DNA of 64,000 bases, from assembly GCA_900617105.1 (NCBI GenBank), contig UYFQ01000001.1:2232001-2296000 (forward strand). Reading direction: 5' to 3'. This DNA comes from Hydrurus foetidus. Taxonomy: Eukaryota. The notes under the pieces are model-generated. The model had not been told where the DNA came from, ran no database searches, and worked only from the letters and a program-made list of their open reading frames with translations. Made by a program: the position numbers and the translations under genes. Shown here in pieces: positions 61,977 through 64,000 of this stretch; position 1 is the stretch's first letter; the number at the start of each line of letters is the position of its first letter.

Positions 61977-63143
61977 ATGCTCAAGCGCTACCATTGCCAG
62001 TGTGGCAACCCGATTTTTTTTCGCAACAGTACCTGCCTGGTTTGCAACACGCCGCTGGGATACGACACGAAACTCGGACTTTTATTACCCTTGACTCAAG
62101 GGCAAGTCGCGGGCACCTGGCAACGCCATGCCGGCGGGGACCATTTTGAACAGGGCACCGACACGCCGCCATCCGAGCAGGTAACGTCTTGCTACCGGCG
62201 TTGCGCTAATTTGCCAACCTCAGTGGCCTGCAACTGGCTCATCGACGCGGCAGAGCCCGTCAACACGACACTGTGCCAGGCGTGTGGCCTCAATCGCACC
62301 ATTCCTGATCTGATGGACGCTACACGGCCGGAAAACAGCCTGTATTGGGGACGCATAGAGCTTGCCAAGCGCCGCATGCTGGCGGGTGTGCTGGGCCTTG
62401 GACTGCAGGTAGTTTCAAAATTCGAAGACGTTGAAAACGGCTTGGCCTTTGACCTGGTTAGCGACCAGCCGGGTGCAACCGCTGTATTGACCGGGCACGA
62501 CAGCGGTTTGATTACCCTGAATTTGCAGGAAGCTGACGATGCCGCCCGGGAAGCCATTCGCAGTGCGATGCATGAACCGTACCGCACGCTGTTAGGGCAT
62601 TTCAGGCATGAGATAGGGCATTACTTTTGGGACAGGTTGATAAAAAATTCAGGATTTCTGGATGGATTTCGCCAACTTTTCGGCGACGAATCGCAAGACT
62701 ACGCCGCCAGCTTGCAAAACAACTACACCTACGGTCCACCCGACAACTGGCAGCTCAATTACATCAGCAGTTACGCGAGCACCCACCCATGGGAAGACTG
62801 GGCAGAAACTTGGGCGCACTACCTGCATGTGCGCGACACGCTGGACACGGCGATGAGTTTCGGTTTGACTGTCAATTCTGCCTTGTTGGAGTTCACGCCT
62901 TTTACCAGCGCGGCCCTTTTAAATCCCAATGATGAAACAGCCGCCTCTTTTTTGACCTTTCTGAACGAATGGACTGGCCTGACGGTGCTGCTCAATGAAA
63001 TGAACCGCACCATGGGGCAAGGCGATTTTTACCCGTTCGCCATACCGGGGCCGGCAGTGGCCAAACTGCATTTTGTGCATGTGGTGATTGCAAGCGTTGG
63101 GCAGCAATTTCCCCGTGCGCTGAACAGCACGCCGTCTGCATAA
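61977..63143 (+). CDS. Putative zinc-binding metallopeptidase with N-terminal zinc ribbon
   Basis: Cys clusters; EPYRTLLGHFRHEIGHY and HPWEDWAETWAHYLH motifs. Confidence 0.85.
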   Translation: MLKRYHCQCGNPIFFRNSTCLVCNTPLGYDTKLGLLLPLTQGQVAGTWQRHAGGDHFEQGTDTPPSEQVTSCYRRCANLPTSVACNWLIDAAEPVNTTLCQACGLNRTIPDLMDATRPENSLYWGRIELAKRRMLAGVLGLGLQVVSKFEDVENGLAFDLVSDQPGATAVLTGHDSGLITLNLQEADDAAREAIRSAMHEPYRTLLGHFRHEIGHYFWDRLIKNSGFLDGFRQLFGDESQDYAASLQNNYTYGPPDNWQLNYISSYASTHPWEDWAETWAHYLHVRDTLDTAMSFGLTVNSALLEFTPFTSAALLNPNDETAASFLTFLNEWTGLTVLLNEMNRTMGQGDFYPFAIPGPAVAKLHFVHVVIASVGQQFPRALNSTPSA

Positions 63144-63177
63144 AAAAACGCAAGCAGCGTGAGCTCTTGCGTTTTTT
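63143..63177. terminator. Bidirectional intrinsic terminator
   Basis: AAAAAACGCAAG...CTTGCGTTTTTT between convergent genes. Confidence 0.75.
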
Positions 63178-63233
63178 CGCCCGATGCGTCAGGCCTTTGG
63201 TGCAATACTTGGTCTAAGAAAAGTTACACCCCG

Positions 63234-63731
63234 TCAGCTGCCTTTAACAACCAGTTTGTTATCAACTGCGGTAACGCCTTTAATGCTTTTCGCTATGGTT
63301 GTCGCCCGATCTCGTGCGGCAGCGGTCGGTGCCGGGCCATAAAGAGTGACGTTACCATTTTTGGTGTCTACATCGATCTTGATGGCGCTTAAATCGGCAT
63401 CTTTGGCAAAACCGGCCGCAACCGAGGCCGTAATGGCCACGTCGTCTGCAGAGCCGATCATGGAGTCGCCAGCTTTGCTGCCTGAAGCCTCGGCCTTTTT
63501 CGTCGCGTCTTTGATTGCATTGCCTGCATTGGTCATTGACGTCTCGGCTTTGGCTTTCGCTTCTGCCGCCGCTTTTTCCGTGCTGGTCACCGCTGCATCA
63601 AGCTTTTGACCCGCCGTCTCGTTTTCACCCGCTTTGTTGCAGGCGCCCAGCGTCGTCAAGGCCACCAATGAACAGGCCAGCGCCAGCGTTTTGAAGGAAT
63701 AAGGTGCAGTAGCGTGTTGATGTGTGGTCAT
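63234..63731 (-). CDS. BON-domain lipoprotein
   Basis: Lipobox LGAC; DDVAITASV...IDVDTKNGNVTLYG...VDNKL. Confidence 0.9.
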   Translation of the reverse strand: MTTHQHATAPYSFKTLALACSLVALTTLGACNKAGENETAGQKLDAAVTSTEKAAAEAKAKAETSMTNAGNAIKDATKKAEASGSKAGDSMIGSADDVAITASVAAGFAKDADLSAIKIDVDTKNGNVTLYGPAPTAAARDRATTIAKSIKGVTAVDNKLVVKGS

Positions 63732-63742
63732 GACGTACACCT

Positions 63743-63940
63743 TTACAACTTGTCGATGACTTTTTGTGCTTTGTCTTTGGCGTGTTGCTTGGCATCGCCA
63801 AAACCAGCCTGAACTTTGCCTTTAACCTGCTCTGCCAAGCCTTCGGTTTGGAGCTTGTCATTGCCGACGACTTTGCCAGCAGCTTCTTTGACTTTACCGC
63901 TGGCTTGCTCAACGCGGCCTTTGATTTGGTCTTTGTTCAT
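63743..63940 (-). CDS. CsbD-family stress protein
   Basis: MNKDQIKG...GKVKEAAGKVVGNDKLQTEG signature. Confidence 0.92.
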   Translation of the reverse strand: MNKDQIKGRVEQASGKVKEAAGKVVGNDKLQTEGLAEQVKGKVQAGFGDAKQHAKDKAQKVIDKL

Positions 63941-64000
63941 GATGCGTCCTTTGAAAAGTTAAAAATAGCAAGTAGCCGTGTTGTAGCCACCTGTCGATTA

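Overview
Chromosomal window of a betaproteobacterium. Gene content and protein sequences point to Comamonadaceae, probably Polaromonas/Rhodoferax-like (inference). Housekeeping genes (trpS, tRNA-Ser(CGA), serS, ispH, radC, apbC, metG, scpA, panBC, gpsA, secB, grxC, gpmA, an S41 protease) are interleaved with accessory modules. These are a ccdAB toxin-antitoxin pair, a Phd antitoxin with a decayed PIN toxin, a LysR-FdhF/YdeP-fdhD-OFA transporter module, a haloacid dehalogenase-GST pair, an 11-gene nucleoside uptake/catabolism cluster (two 2OG-Fe(II) dioxygenases, two nucleoside hydrolases, ribokinase, nonsense-interrupted psuK, psuG, BMP-type ABC transporter), and a general-stress gene island with a CHASE3 two-component system. 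The strongest signal not explained by genes is a dispersed 48-bp element. It has 12 indel-free copies between 8.1 and 49.6 kb, each built from two 17-bp palindromic boxes at fixed spacing. Eleven copies are intergenic and one lies inside the gpsA coding sequence. Also notable are an AT-shifted, divergent internal segment of metG and a heptamer tandem repeat with G-quadruplex potential. No CRISPR array, rRNA, integrase or transposase was seen. All product calls come from recognising motifs by eye, not from database searches.
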